IMG/VR virus record: IMGVR_UViG_3300042691_019112
Span: 1,197 to 65,196 of that record
DNA: 64,000 nt
Source of the DNA: a virus
Taxonomy: Duplodnaviria; Caudoviricetes
Reading direction: 5' to 3' (one strand)
How positions within the stretch are numbered: the stretch's first letter is position 1; each line of letters begins with the position of its first letter. The position numbers and the translations under genes were made by a program. The notes beneath the pieces were generated by a model. That model did not search any database. It was not told where the DNA came from and was given only the letters and a program-made list of their open reading frames with translations. Below are positions 1 through 9,782 of the stretch, piece by piece.

Positions 1-1
1 G

Positions 2-85
2 CATCGGCAGGTTGCGGAAGCTATACGAGGTATCTTCAATGCTAATTTTCCTGTTATCGCTAAAGCCATGAACCATGAAGGTTAA
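2..85 (+). CDS. 3' end of a gene, possibly FAD-dependent thymidylate synthase (ThyX-like C-terminus)
   Basis: Reads HRQVAEAIRGIFNANFPVIAKAMNHEG*, resembling the EH..IA....F...FP.I..A end of phage ThyX; only 27 codons visible. Confidence 0.35.
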   Translation, partial: HRQVAEAIRGIFNANFPVIAKAMNHEG

Positions 86-245
86 CATATCAAGATGTAA
101 ATCGGGGCTGAAATATGCCCCGAAATTGAATAAGGGGTGGGAGTGGGTTCGGTATTTTCTTCGCTATCATCGATTTACAAATCAAATTCACCCCAAATAC
201 CGCAAACTAAGACCGATTGAACTAAACGAGGGATTACCTTTTTGA
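75..245 (+). CDS. hypothetical protein (56 aa)
   Basis: Hand-translated MKVNISRCK...NEGLPF*; fills the gap between neighbouring genes. Confidence 0.45.
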   Translation: MKVNISRCKSGLKYAPKLNKGWEWVRYFLRYHRFTNQIHPKYRKLRPIELNEGLPF

Positions 246-246
246 G

Positions 247-429
247 ATGGAAAACAAACCCTCTGCTGACGCAAAACCCGTGTTACCTGCCGTGCATTAT
301 GCACCATACGGTGAATGGGGTGGAGAACGTGTTAATTGCAATAGGTATTTTACTACTGATGTAGCACATACAGGAAATAAAGATAAAGTGACTTGTAAAT
401 TCTGTCAGCGTCTTTTGCATGGCAGGTAA
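247..429 (+). CDS. small putative zinc-binding protein, cassette-encoded (copy 1)
   Basis: H...C...VTCxxC motif; 47 of 48 codons from LPAV onward encode the same residue as in 14822..15037. Confidence 0.8.
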   Translation: MENKPSADAKPVLPAVHYAPYGEWGGERVNCNRYFTTDVAHTGNKDKVTCKFCQRLLHGR

Positions 430-430
430 C
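282..430 (+). mobile_element. integron-like gene cassette A, copy 1
   Basis: Starts GTTACCTGCCGTGCA and ends TGCATGGCAGGTAAC (15-bp inverted repeat, 1 mismatch); second copy has the same boundaries. Confidence 0.7.
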
Positions 431-546
431 GTTTGGGGCTTTGTGCAGGTGGGGATTTTAGCACCCAGGCTGAATTGAAAAACAAATGCTCAACCTACTA
501 CAAATGTTTCATAGTAGTACGTCTGCCCCACTTGCACAAAACCGAT

Positions 547-553
<7 letters not shown>
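423..553 (+). repeat. attC-like recombination site
   Basis: GGTAAC (to 430), arm TTTGTGCAGGTGGGG (440-454), arm CCCCACTTGCACAAA (526-540), then GTTAGGC (547-553). Confidence 0.7.
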
Positions 554-1156
<603 letters not shown>

Positions 1157-1185
1157 ACCGAAATATACGCAAACCCCTTTTTGAG

Positions 1186-1335
1186 ATGTTTAAATGGTTA
1201 AGAATTTGCCGCTTTTTGCGAGCAATGCGAAAAAAGCACAACCGATACGACTTTAAAATTGTCACATCAAGCGACGTTGTTGTGATTTACGTTGAAGATA
1301 CAGAAGATGAATTACGATTAAACTGGAGAGGATAA
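1186..1335 (+). CDS. hypothetical protein (49 aa)
   Basis: Hand-translated MFKWLRICRF...LNWRG*, ending just before the YopX start. Confidence 0.45.
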   Translation: MFKWLRICRFLRAMRKKHNRYDFKIVTSSDVVVIYVEDTEDELRLNWRG

Positions 1336-1339
1336 AACA

Positions 1340-1714
1340 ATGAACAGAGAAATTAAATTTAGAGCATTTTCTGAAGGCAGAATTTGGGATTGGGAAGAAA
1401 TACGTCGGGAATTTGATACTTGGTGTTTTTCTTCTGACCCAAAAAATCAATTTACTGGTGAAAAAGATTTTGAAAACAAGGATATATATGTAGGTGATAT
1501 ACTTTCAGATAGATGGAAGGTTGAAGTTTACCAAAACAAGGAAGGAACATTTATGATTAAATTTCATACAAATCCTAAACGTAACAAACCTATGACTTTG
1601 AACAAGTATCTGAAAGCACGAGAAATAGCAGGTACGTCAATTTGCGAAGGATATAGAGATTGTATTGTTATTGGTAACATTTACGAAAACCCCGAACTAC
1701 TTTCTGGGCAGTAA
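1340..1714 (+). CDS. YopX family protein
   Basis: MNREIKFRA...QFTG.KD...IYVGDI...VIGNIYENPELL. Confidence 0.85.
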   Translation: MNREIKFRAFSEGRIWDWEEIRREFDTWCFSSDPKNQFTGEKDFENKDIYVGDILSDRWKVEVYQNKEGTFMIKFHTNPKRNKPMTLNKYLKAREIAGTSICEGYRDCIVIGNIYENPELLSGQ

Positions 1715-1751
1715 TAAGCCATTACGCATAACCCCTAAACACAAATAACCA

Positions 1752-2045
1752 ATGGATAAACGAGATTACGCAGCGATGAACGAAGGCAAGAAGGTTCACT
1801 TGCAAGGCTGGAAGCCTATTGAAGAACTAAACCATCACAACTTAGTGTGGCTCACCGATGGCCTCGACGTGTGGATAGGCAAAAAAACCGAACCCGATGC
1901 AGATGGTGAATGGTACTGGGCAACGGTGCAATATGCTTTTGACCTTGAGATAAATTATCGTTTAAGGCAAATAGTTGGCGATACCTATACAGCCGACATA
2001 AACCCTACCTTGTTTCAAGAACTACCAATAACCCCGATAATATGA
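1752..2045 (+). CDS. hypothetical protein
   Basis: ORF with A-rich start, overlaps next gene by ATGA. Confidence 0.65.
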   Translation: MDKRDYAAMNEGKKVHLQGWKPIEELNHHNLVWLTDGLDVWIGKKTEPDADGEWYWATVQYAFDLEINYRLRQIVGDTYTADINPTLFQELPITPII

Positions 2046-2383
2046 CCAACCCATTCAGAGTAATACAATACGACTTCGACGGTAAGTACGCAGTCAAAAC
2101 CGACAGCACCCCACTACACGCCCTCATTCTCACCTCCGTATGCCACGCAGCTTACGACACCGAACAGCAAGCGCAGCAAGACGCGAACCTATGCACCTAC
2201 ATCCTCACCATCATCAACAAGATGAAAGACCGTATCACCATCATAGACAACACCTCCCTACAACAGCATATCTCCGACCTCGAAGAGGAGAGAGATAGCC
2301 TCCCCTTTCCATCAGATGAACACATGGACATTGCCGGAAAGATAGCAGCCATCAAAACAGCCATACAAGGCAATAAACTATAA
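2042..2383 (+). CDS. hypothetical protein
   Basis: 113-aa ORF coupled to the previous gene. Confidence 0.65.
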   Translation: MTNPFRVIQYDFDGKYAVKTDSTPLHALILTSVCHAAYDTEQQAQQDANLCTYILTIINKMKDRITIIDNTSLQQHISDLEEERDSLPFPSDEHMDIAGKIAAIKTAIQGNKL

Positions 2384-2393
2384 CCTTACAATC

Positions 2394-3221
2394 ATGATAA
2401 AAACAGACGTAACGATTGACTTTCTGCTAAAAAACCCTCAAGTTCAACTTCGCCAAATAAGCGATAACCGAAAATTTAACCTCTATAACATCAGAGGTGA
2501 ATACTTAGATGGGTTATTAGATGGAAATGAAAAATGCGATTCCTATCACTACTCTCTCTTCAAAAGAGCCGACAGAAACACCCCTATAAACCTGTATCTA
2601 AACATCTTTGAAGATACCCCATTTGACAAGGCTTTCATCCACACCTCCGAAAGTGACGCATTGAAGCAGGTAGAAGAGTTAACCCACCTAAAACTGGAAA
2701 AAACAGTTATCATCCGCTATAATAACCATATAGCTTCAGAAAAAGCGAAGGCGATGCTAATGTTAGATTCAAACATCAGCCCACAATACATTTACTACAA
2801 AAAAGTGTTTGACGTAGAATACTGGACAATAGAAGAGTACTTCAAAAAGCACCTTATACCAACAGGTGAAGTTCTTATCCCTGCACCAGGTTCTTCATAC
2901 AGCTCCATAGGCAATCAGTGGGATTCACCTTTGCGTATGCTTGTGGATTTTGTATCCAAAAATTTCACACTTAACGACAGAGGAAAGGAAGAAAACTACT
3001 CCTTTGAAAAAGACATCTTGTATTACCGTAATTTCAACACTGAGGATATACTTATCAATCACATAGAACAGCGTAATATATGCGATAGGTTTAATATGTA
3101 CTTTTTGTACTATCAGCAGCGATTAGACGCATACCTCGAACAACAAGAGGAGCTAACGAATCCATCAGCTAATAAAACCAAAGAAGATTCTTTATTAAAC
3201 CTCTTCACTAATTTTGGTTAA
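2394..3221 (+). CDS. hypothetical protein
   Basis: 275-aa ORF, no recognised motif. Confidence 0.7.
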   Translation: MIKTDVTIDFLLKNPQVQLRQISDNRKFNLYNIRGEYLDGLLDGNEKCDSYHYSLFKRADRNTPINLYLNIFEDTPFDKAFIHTSESDALKQVEELTHLKLEKTVIIRYNNHIASEKAKAMLMLDSNISPQYIYYKKVFDVEYWTIEEYFKKHLIPTGEVLIPAPGSSYSSIGNQWDSPLRMLVDFVSKNFTLNDRGKEENYSFEKDILYYRNFNTEDILINHIEQRNICDRFNMYFLYYQQRLDAYLEQQEELTNPSANKTKEDSLLNLFTNFG

Positions 3222-3240
3222 TGCTTAACTAATCACCTCC

Positions 3241-3720
3241 TTACTTCCCCCTCCTTACACCCGTGCTAACACCACGGGTTTTTTTATACCCCTCATCCAC
3301 CAACCAAGGTCCCCTCGTCATAGCCCGCCTCGCAACCCCATCAACCCTCTCATTCTCCTTTATCCCACTATGCCCCTTAACCCTCACAACACCAACCTTC
3401 AACCTACTCATCTCCCTCCTCAACATCCCCACTATATCCCCATTCTTCTCATAAACCCTCCCCATACCAACACCCCTAACAACACTCTCCACATACACAC
3501 TATCTGTAACCACCTCAACCAACCACCCATCCCCCTTCACAGCTCTCAACCCCATAACCACAGCCATCAACTCCATCCTATTGTTAGTAGTCAACCTATA
3601 CCCTCCAGCAACCTCCTTAATCACACCCCTATAAACCAACATACACCCAAACCCTCCCCTACCCGGATTCCCCTTACAACTACCATCAGTCCACATCACA
3701 ATTTTATCACCCCTTAACAT
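3241..3720 (-). CDS. rnhA: ribonuclease HI
   Basis: WTDGSCKGNPGRGG, TTNNRMELMAV, TDSVYV, VKGHSGIKENERVD motifs. Confidence 0.92.
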   Translation of the reverse strand: MLRGDKIVMWTDGSCKGNPGRGGFGCMLVYRGVIKEVAGGYRLTTNNRMELMAVVMGLRAVKGDGWLVEVVTDSVYVESVVRGVGMGRVYEKNGDIVGMLRREMSRLKVGVVRVKGHSGIKENERVDGVARRAMTRGPWLVDEGYKKTRGVSTGVRRGK

Positions 3721-4880
3721 ACCTTGTTAATTTTAACCCAAAGATACCCTATCTTTACACCCAGACATTTCCCACCATAGAACCCTGTCCATACTTATGC
3801 CACCTAACAAAAGTCGGAAGGCGTTTGGATCAGGTAACAACAACTTACATCTTACTTCCGTAACCTTTCCCTAAGTAAGGTGTAAACCTCCGTATCCAGC
3901 CTTGTGTAGATTCACAGTAGCGACACCATACCCAAATGACGCATTCCTACTGATGATGCCCCTAACATACATCCCGCACGACCCTGACACAAGACCCCTT
4001 TATACGCAGCGTCCCAATCTTGATGTATGTAGGGCAGGGTCTACACATAGGTAATTAAAACAAACCTGTTGCTTAAGTAGATAATGACTTGTCACTTAGC
4101 TACTTAACAACACCTCCTTTATCTTTTACATGAACTTGTAAAAGTGATAAAACCCATAACATATAACCCATAACATACCATAACTATCCCCTGTCAAAAG
4201 CCAACTTTTGGCAGACGCCTTATCATTATACACCACCAGCTTACCACACAGTTCTTGTGTTTTTTTTAACGATGCAAGCATCTAAAAAAACAGATTGAGG
4301 CACAACGTAGAGCGAAATATATCCCGAACCTAAACGGATTAGCGTGTGTAAAATAAATCCTTCACGGTGAGATACACGCCCCCTTGGCCACCTCCCGTCC
4401 CCCTTCGGCCAACCCACCCCCTACTTGCTGCTTCCGGTGAGACTCCCACAAGTGGCGGACACAGTACACGCAGCATCGTCCAGGCTTCGCGGATCACCAC
4501 AGGCGATAGACCAGAGGACCAACTGGAGGAGCAGCCAGAGGTGCCACCGATGAAACGCTAACCAACCAGCGGATCAGAGGAGAGGCAGAGGTGGAAGGGC
4601 GGAGAGGTAGCAGGGGAGAGGGAGAGGGGTTATAATATAATAGGTTGCCGCCGTTGTCTATACTTGTGCCTGTTTTATAGATGTTGTTTATATCTTGTTG
4701 GTTGGTGCTTGTGGTGTGATCCTTGGGTTTGTGGTTGTGGTGATTGAAGTGTGAAGAGGTGTTAATTAGATTATAGAAAGAGGGGGATTAGGTTGTTAAC
4801 AGATGTTATGGTAGTGGGGTGTTATGGGTGATTATTGTTAAGTGAGGTTAAATAGTTTGTGTGGTTTCTGCTGATATATC
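3721..4880. other. large non-coding, compositionally skewed region (possible genome terminus or origin)
   Basis: No credible ORF; C-rich then GA-rich then GT-rich blocks; genes diverge from it. Confidence 0.5.
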
Positions 4881-4907
4881 ATGTTTGCATCAACAAAACA
4901 CACAGAC

Positions 4908-5078
4908 ATGACACAGACACAGAAAAGAACATTTCGCTTGCTTTTCGCCTCTTTGGCGGTATTTGAAGCGGTATCTATTGCCGTTGTATCAATAGCACAA
5001 AACGAGATTGTTTCAGGGGTTATACTTGGCGGTTTCTGCCTCGTTACTGCCCTTGTTGCGGCTATTCCTCAAGACTAA
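4908..5078 (+). CDS. small two-helix membrane protein (first early gene)
   Basis: Two hydrophobic stretches; start MTQTQ after an A/C-rich leader. Confidence 0.6.
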   Translation: MTQTQKRTFRLLFASLAVFEAVSIAVVSIAQNEIVSGVILGGFCLVTALVAAIPQD

Positions 5079-5103
5079 CACACAAACACTTAACACTTAA
5101 CAC

Positions 5104-5613
5104 ATGACACACACAGAAGAAGCGGCTTTAGTAGCTGCACAGATGAAAGAGGCTAAAGTTTCAGCCTTGGCACTATTACGGGAATTTGTAGCACAACGTC
5201 CCGGCCTTGAGTTTGCGGATTATGGCGATATATATTATTATCGTCAAGACTACAATTTCATACTAAAGTCTAAGCACATAGCAGAAGAGGGTATGCGCGT
5301 GTTAGCTTTATCCTTTAGTCCTGATGATGTTCAGCGCGCTTTAGTCCATAAGCTATGGAATAGCTCGGAGAGGTTACATCTTATAGACCTGAAAGAAGGT
5401 CGCTATAAATTGCAGTACCATGTAGGGCAGTACTTCCCAACCGAATACAGACGGGCGGCTGCTTCTATTGCTTATACTGCTTTGTGGCTTTTAGTTAGAG
5501 AGATGCAGGAGAGGGAAGCGGAGAATAAAGACGATGTTACGGGCGATACAATTCGGGCATGGTTCAGACGTAACACGTCTAAAGCGTTTATTAATTGGTT
5601 TGACCTGAAATAA
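5104..5613 (+). CDS. hypothetical early protein
   Basis: 169-aa ORF with YHVGQYFPTEYR motif. Confidence 0.75.
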   Translation: MTHTEEAALVAAQMKEAKVSALALLREFVAQRPGLEFADYGDIYYYRQDYNFILKSKHIAEEGMRVLALSFSPDDVQRALVHKLWNSSERLHLIDLKEGRYKLQYHVGQYFPTEYRRAAASIAYTALWLLVREMQEREAENKDDVTGDTIRAWFRRNTSKAFINWFDLK

Positions 5614-5621
5614 TATAAGCC

Positions 5622-6242
5622 ATGAGAACGGAAACAATAACACGGACATTTTACACCTTCGAGGAGTTGACAGAAGAGCAACAAAAGAAGGCAGTTGAGT
5701 TGGTAAGAGAGAGAGAAGAGGAGCACCTGAATAATTGGGGGCTTCCCTTTCAGAGGGAAGCATTGGCAAGCATTTTAGAAGGTTGTAAGTTTTTCGGATA
5801 TGAGCTGAAAAAGTACAGCTTCGATTTTAGCGGCTATTCTTCTTCTGACTGGACTTTGAAATATGAATATGACAATGAACCGGAAAACCTGAAAACTACT
5901 TTAAGGAGTGTTACAAATGCGTTTAACCTTTTCTTATTTGATTGTAAGGAGTATAAGAAAAACGGGAAAAGCAGGAAAAGCAGGATTCTATCAAAAGCTA
6001 AAGACTGTCCATTTACCGGGGTTTGTTACGATGAAGACTTTTTAGACCCTTTCAGGGAGTTTCTTAAAAAGCCATACGATACAACTTTGCGCGAGTTGGT
6101 GGACGATGGTATAAACGCCGTGCTAAAAGATACTGCTTCAGAATGGAAGTATCAGATAGGCGAAGAGGCCGCACGAGAAAGAATAGAATCAGAGGGTACA
6201 GAGTTTGAATTGGACGAGGACGGAGATATAACAATATGTTAA
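5622..6242 (+). CDS. hypothetical acidic early protein
   Basis: Y.FEEL.EEQQKKA start and CPFTGVCYD motif, a pattern common in phage early genes. Confidence 0.75.
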   Translation: MRTETITRTFYTFEELTEEQQKKAVELVREREEEHLNNWGLPFQREALASILEGCKFFGYELKKYSFDFSGYSSSDWTLKYEYDNEPENLKTTLRSVTNAFNLFLFDCKEYKKNGKSRKSRILSKAKDCPFTGVCYDEDFLDPFREFLKKPYDTTLRELVDDGINAVLKDTASEWKYQIGEEAARERIESEGTEFELDEDGDITIC

Positions 6243-6356
6243 CCATCCTGATTAACTCCTCCTTTGTCAAGGTTGCCGCATTATGCGTTATCCTTGGCAC
6301 CTGCTGCGGATTTGCAGCTACCAAAATCAAAACACCACCAAAAACCAAATAACAAC

Positions 6357-6575
6357 GTGAGCAACTACCAAGCAATTAAGCGCAATTTAACCGACTTCGC
6401 GCACCAGATTAAAGGACAATTAAAAGGGGATACACCAGCCTTTGAAATGGCGATTAATGACTATGCAGACGCATTATTAAAGGGTTTACCGTGCAGCCTT
6501 TCAGACGCAAGAAAAAACCAATATCAAGAATGGTTAAGCCTGCACGCTTGCAAACTTCACAAGTTAGCCAAGTAA
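6357..6575 (+). CDS. hypothetical protein
   Basis: Probable GTG start after an A-rich leader within ORF 6264..6575. Confidence 0.55.
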   Translation: MSNYQAIKRNLTDFAHQIKGQLKGDTPAFEMAINDYADALLKGLPCSLSDARKNQYQEWLSLHACKLHKLAK

Positions 6576-6596
6576 ACCCCACCACCTGACCACCAT

Positions 6597-6634
6597 CGCC
6601 CCGCACTGTAATAAATGCGGGGTTTTGGCAGTAC
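6597..6634 (+). promoter_or_regulatory. intergenic hairpin, repeated at 15350..15386 (-)
   Basis: CGCCCCGCACTGTAATAAATGCGGGGTTT versus CGCCCCGCACTGAAACAAATGCGGGGTTT. Confidence 0.55.
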
Positions 6635-6655
6635 AGACTAAACACATTTAACACC

Positions 6656-6850
6656 ATGACACAGAAGCAAAAAGCGGACATTTCCGCATTAAACCTGATT
6701 GTTTCAAGATTAGAGGAAATAGACGAATTATTAGCGGGAATTTCCGACTTGTCGGAAGAAAGCAAATTGAAGCTAATAGCCTGTTTGTCACCTTTGGCAG
6801 AAGCTAAAGAAGCCATATTAGAAGTAGTAAACAACGAAACGCAAAACTAA
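6656..6850 (+). CDS. hypothetical protein
   Basis: 64-aa helical ORF in the early operon. Confidence 0.6.
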   Translation: MTQKQKADISALNLIVSRLEEIDELLAGISDLSEESKLKLIACLSPLAEAKEAILEVVNNETQN

Positions 6851-6857
6851 CCACATC

Positions 6858-7238
6858 ATGAAAAACGCAACACGCGCACAAATCGCACAAATCAAAAAAC
6901 TGAACCCTTGGAGCTTGGAGAACCTGAAAAACCGTAAAAAGGTAGGTTCTATTCCTGCTCCTGAATTTGCCAACATCATGAGGAAAAAAACCGTTAGAAG
7001 CATGAACAAGAAAACGGGCAACCCAACCACAAACACGGGTAAACTCTTCCCGCTTCTTGCTCAATCGTTAGCGGCTAAAGGTACACCATACTTTAAGGTG
7101 CTGATTGAAGGAAAGACGGGCATCTATTACGCTTCTCCCGTGTTCGGGCATGATGATTATAATAAAGCGCGCGTTTTCGACAAGAACGCAAAAACGCTTA
7201 AACTCATGCGGCTATTTAACGCCATCGTAACACGATAA
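6858..7238 (+). CDS. hypothetical basic protein
   Basis: 126-aa ORF in the early operon. Confidence 0.65.
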   Translation: MKNATRAQIAQIKKLNPWSLENLKNRKKVGSIPAPEFANIMRKKTVRSMNKKTGNPTTNTGKLFPLLAQSLAAKGTPYFKVLIEGKTGIYYASPVFGHDDYNKARVFDKNAKTLKLMRLFNAIVTR

Positions 7239-7251
7239 ACTAAAAAAGATC

Positions 7252-7452
7252 ATGACAAAGTCAAATCAAAACCCGTTAATTACTATTCATTCAGTTTTAG
7301 CATTAAAAAAAAGAGAATATTCTATTGTTGTGGCCAACATACCCAACACGGATGAGAATTTAGAGAAAATCTCCAAACAATATCCAAAAGAAGACTTCTT
7401 TTTAGAATTTCACTTCACACGAAAAGACATGCGTTGGGTAATACCTTACTAA
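7252..7452 (+). CDS. hypothetical protein
   Basis: 66-aa ORF before a terminator. Confidence 0.55.
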   Translation: MTKSNQNPLITIHSVLALKKREYSIVVANIPNTDENLEKISKQYPKEDFFLEFHFTRKDMRWVIPY

Positions 7453-7469
7453 CACGAATAATCACCATT

Positions 7470-7499
7470 TAAGCCTCTGATATTTCAGGGGCTTTTTTT
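7470..7499 (+). terminator. intrinsic terminator
   Basis: AAGCCTCTGA-tatt-TCAGGGGCTT followed by a T run. Confidence 0.75.
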
Positions 7500-7562
7500 A
7501 TGCCCTTTGGGTACTGATACCTACCTTACTGCTTATCGTTCAACCTTGCGCCTAATTTGCGC

Positions 7563-8024
7563 CTAAATCGTGAAGTATTGGCGCGTGTATTTCGTCCGCT
7601 TTACCCGCTTTCTACCTTGCGGCTTTAGATGCCTCTTTTCTGCTTTCTGCTTCGCTTCTCGCCCTTCCATCGTCTCCTTTATCGCTGTGTTTGCTTGCGT
7701 TCGGTGTGGTGGTTTATTGTGGCTTATTAGCGGCTTCCCTGCTTCCTTGATTTGCCTTAGTGTGCGCTTGCTTGCCTTATTTATTCCCTTACTTGCCTTG
7801 CGTACTGGTGAGGCTTTTTTATCGAGGAATGGCCCGTTTGCTTTTCCGGTTAAGATGATCCGAACAGGTGCGGCTATGTAGTCTAATCGGCCTTTGTATG
7901 CTGCTTTGTATATCCAGGCTTCCGATATGCCTTCTTTGTAGGTGTTTATGTAGTGCAGCCTGAATTGTGCCACCGTGAGTATAGGGAGGTTTAGTAGGCG
8001 TGCAGACTTTTCATCTAAGAGCAT
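7563..8024 (-). CDS. putative DNA-binding protein with a long basic tail
   Basis: HTH-like N-terminus (LTVAQF...GISEAWIYKA), K/R-rich C-terminus; TACCTTTG 5 nt upstream. Confidence 0.55.
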   Translation of the reverse strand: MLLDEKSARLLNLPILTVAQFRLHYINTYKEGISEAWIYKAAYKGRLDYIAAPVRIILTGKANGPFLDKKASPVRKASKGINKASKRTLRQIKEAGKPLISHNKPPHRTQANTAIKETMEGREAKQKAEKRHLKPQGRKRVKRTKYTRQYFTI

Positions 8025-8125
8025 GATTACAAAGGTATGGGGTGTTAAAGAATGTTATTGTATGCGTGCATATTTTGCAGATATAGGGCAAATATGGAGA
8101 TTTGGTCAACGCAAAACACGAAGCT

Positions 8126-8350
8126 ATGAACGCACAAACCTTTGCTTCATTAGAAGCAGAAAAGCAAGAACTTATAAAAAAGTTCGACATTCTGAAAGCT
8201 AAATTTCAGAAGAAGTATTCATCCGTAAATATCGAAAGTCCTGTTAGTGACGAGGAGAAAGCCGACAAAGAAGAGCTTAATAAGATTGCTTCTCGGATGA
8301 ACCAGATTGTCATTCAAAAGAGAATGATGCTTAAAGTATCTACACTATGA
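8126..8350 (+). CDS. hypothetical coiled-coil protein
   Basis: ORF coupled to the next gene. Confidence 0.55.
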   Translation: MNAQTFASLEAEKQELIKKFDILKAKFQKKYSSVNIESPVSDEEKADKEELNKIASRMNQIVIQKRMMLKVSTL

Positions 8351-8544
8351 CCGTTAACAACACCATAGCAGACCTGCTGTCTGAAATAGATAGTAGGCTT
8401 GCAGATATGGCACACGCCCTGCAAAGGGAGCTAGGTAAGGACGTAGATGTTCGAGATGGGTATCTCGTTCACCTTATCACCTTGGAGCAGAATAAGCTCA
8501 ACACCACACGCCACAAAATCAAAACCATACTTAAAGGAGAATAA
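8347..8544 (+). CDS. hypothetical protein
   Basis: 65-aa ORF in a coupled series. Confidence 0.55.
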   Translation: MTVNNTIADLLSEIDSRLADMAHALQRELGKDVDVRDGYLVHLITLEQNKLNTTRHKIKTILKGE

Positions 8545-8545
8545 C

Positions 8546-8974
8546 ATGGAAAAGGTAACAATCACACTGGAGTTAACCCACGACGAGGTTAAATATGTTC
8601 TTGATAGCTTAAAGAAGCGAAAGGAGGTAGTCGAAAGAATAGAGTTGAGGCAAAAGCAATCACAGTCTGAACCTCGAAAAGATAAGCATGGTAACACTAT
8701 GATACCGTGTAATTCAGATTTAATATGGCCGGAAAACGCCCTATTTGATTTGAACGGCAACGCGGTATTGCCTGACCCACAACCATTTCAACTTGAGTAC
8801 GGGAAAAGGTATAAAGCGAGCAACGGAAAAATATATGGCCCTTTGGTAGAAAACAAAGGAGCAAACAGCAAAACTCATCCTTTCAAAGCTAATCATTTAA
8901 CATGGAAGCCTGATGGCATATGGGGTGTTGGCACACAAACAGATGAACTCGACCTAATCGAAGAAGTAATATGA
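8546..8974 (+). CDS. protein with a C-terminal LE.GK.Y...DLIEE repeated domain
   Basis: Start MEKVT; domain shared with the genes at 10519, 16021 and 17677. Confidence 0.7.
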   Translation: MEKVTITLELTHDEVKYVLDSLKKRKEVVERIELRQKQSQSEPRKDKHGNTMIPCNSDLIWPENALFDLNGNAVLPDPQPFQLEYGKRYKASNGKIYGPLVENKGANSKTHPFKANHLTWKPDGIWGVGTQTDELDLIEEVI

Positions 8975-9240
8975 ACCGCTTTCTACTCACCCTGCTGACC
9001 ATCTTCGCACCTTACAAGGTGACGAACATTCATAACGAAAGCACGGCCAAGACCTTCCTCGAAGGGGAGTGCTTCGGCTATCGCCTATGCTTCCGCTCTC
9101 CCTCGTTATACGGAGTGCGAATGTGGATAGTACGAAAGTGCTGCCACCTCATGTTCCCACAAGCTACCATCAAGTCTATCCATTGGCCTGACGACAAGAT
9201 GTGCTACATACTCACCGACAAATACTACCACCTGCCATGA
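8971..9240 (+). CDS. hypothetical protein
   Basis: ATGA-coupled at both ends. Confidence 0.55.
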   Translation: MNRFLLTLLTIFAPYKVTNIHNESTAKTFLEGECFGYRLCFRSPSLYGVRMWIVRKCCHLMFPQATIKSIHWPDDKMCYILTDKYYHLP

Positions 9241-9782
9241 GGTTAGTAAACAGATGCGGCCTACATATCCGCTACGAAACGCTGCAAGACCCCTCTGGGC
9301 TTACATGGCTTTTCACCTACTACACCGACACCACCTCTGATTCTGGACGATGGAATGCCCGCGTAACTTACCCATGTGGCAAGGCTAAGAAGTACACCAC
9401 CGTGCCTTATGTCAATATCAAGCTAATGATATGGTCGATTACTAAGGTGGGATGCGTTAGCTACAAAGAGGTTAACAACTACTGTATCCTCGATGCCGTG
9501 GTAAGGAATACCGAGAAGCTGACGTATAAGGAGTTTCGTGCGCAGTATGAGTGCAGTCCTACCTTTGCCCTGAATGTCTTTAGAGAGATAGAGAGATGCA
9601 GGAAGAGGGAAGGAATAACGGGGGAGATGCCGGAATCTTTAGGTTCCACGTTATCCCTATTAACGATACGCATAAACACATTATGTCGCGCAACTGCGAA
9701 TGCCAACCGCACGTCGTTATTGATGAAGAGAATGCGTTTATCTGCATCAGCCACCACTCATGGGATGGGAGAGAGGCGTTAG
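9237..9782 (+). CDS. hypothetical protein
   Basis: Start MRLVN coupled to the previous stop. Confidence 0.5.
   Translation: MRLVNRCGLHIRYETLQDPSGLTWLFTYYTDTTSDSGRWNARVTYPCGKAKKYTTVPYVNIKLMIWSITKVGCVSYKEVNNYCILDAVVRNTEKLTYKEFRAQYECSPTFALNVFREIERCRKREGITGEMPESLGSTLSLLTIRINTLCRATANANRTSLLMKRMRLSASATTHGMGERR

Noticed and set aside
3263-3717. Pro/His/Asn-rich + strand ORFs opposite RNase H
   Set aside because: Shadow frames caused by the G-poor composition; the minus frame carries all RNase H motifs
4367-4561. 64-aa ORF in the non-coding region
   Set aside because: Low complexity, GTG start, spans the composition switch; not supported as a gene
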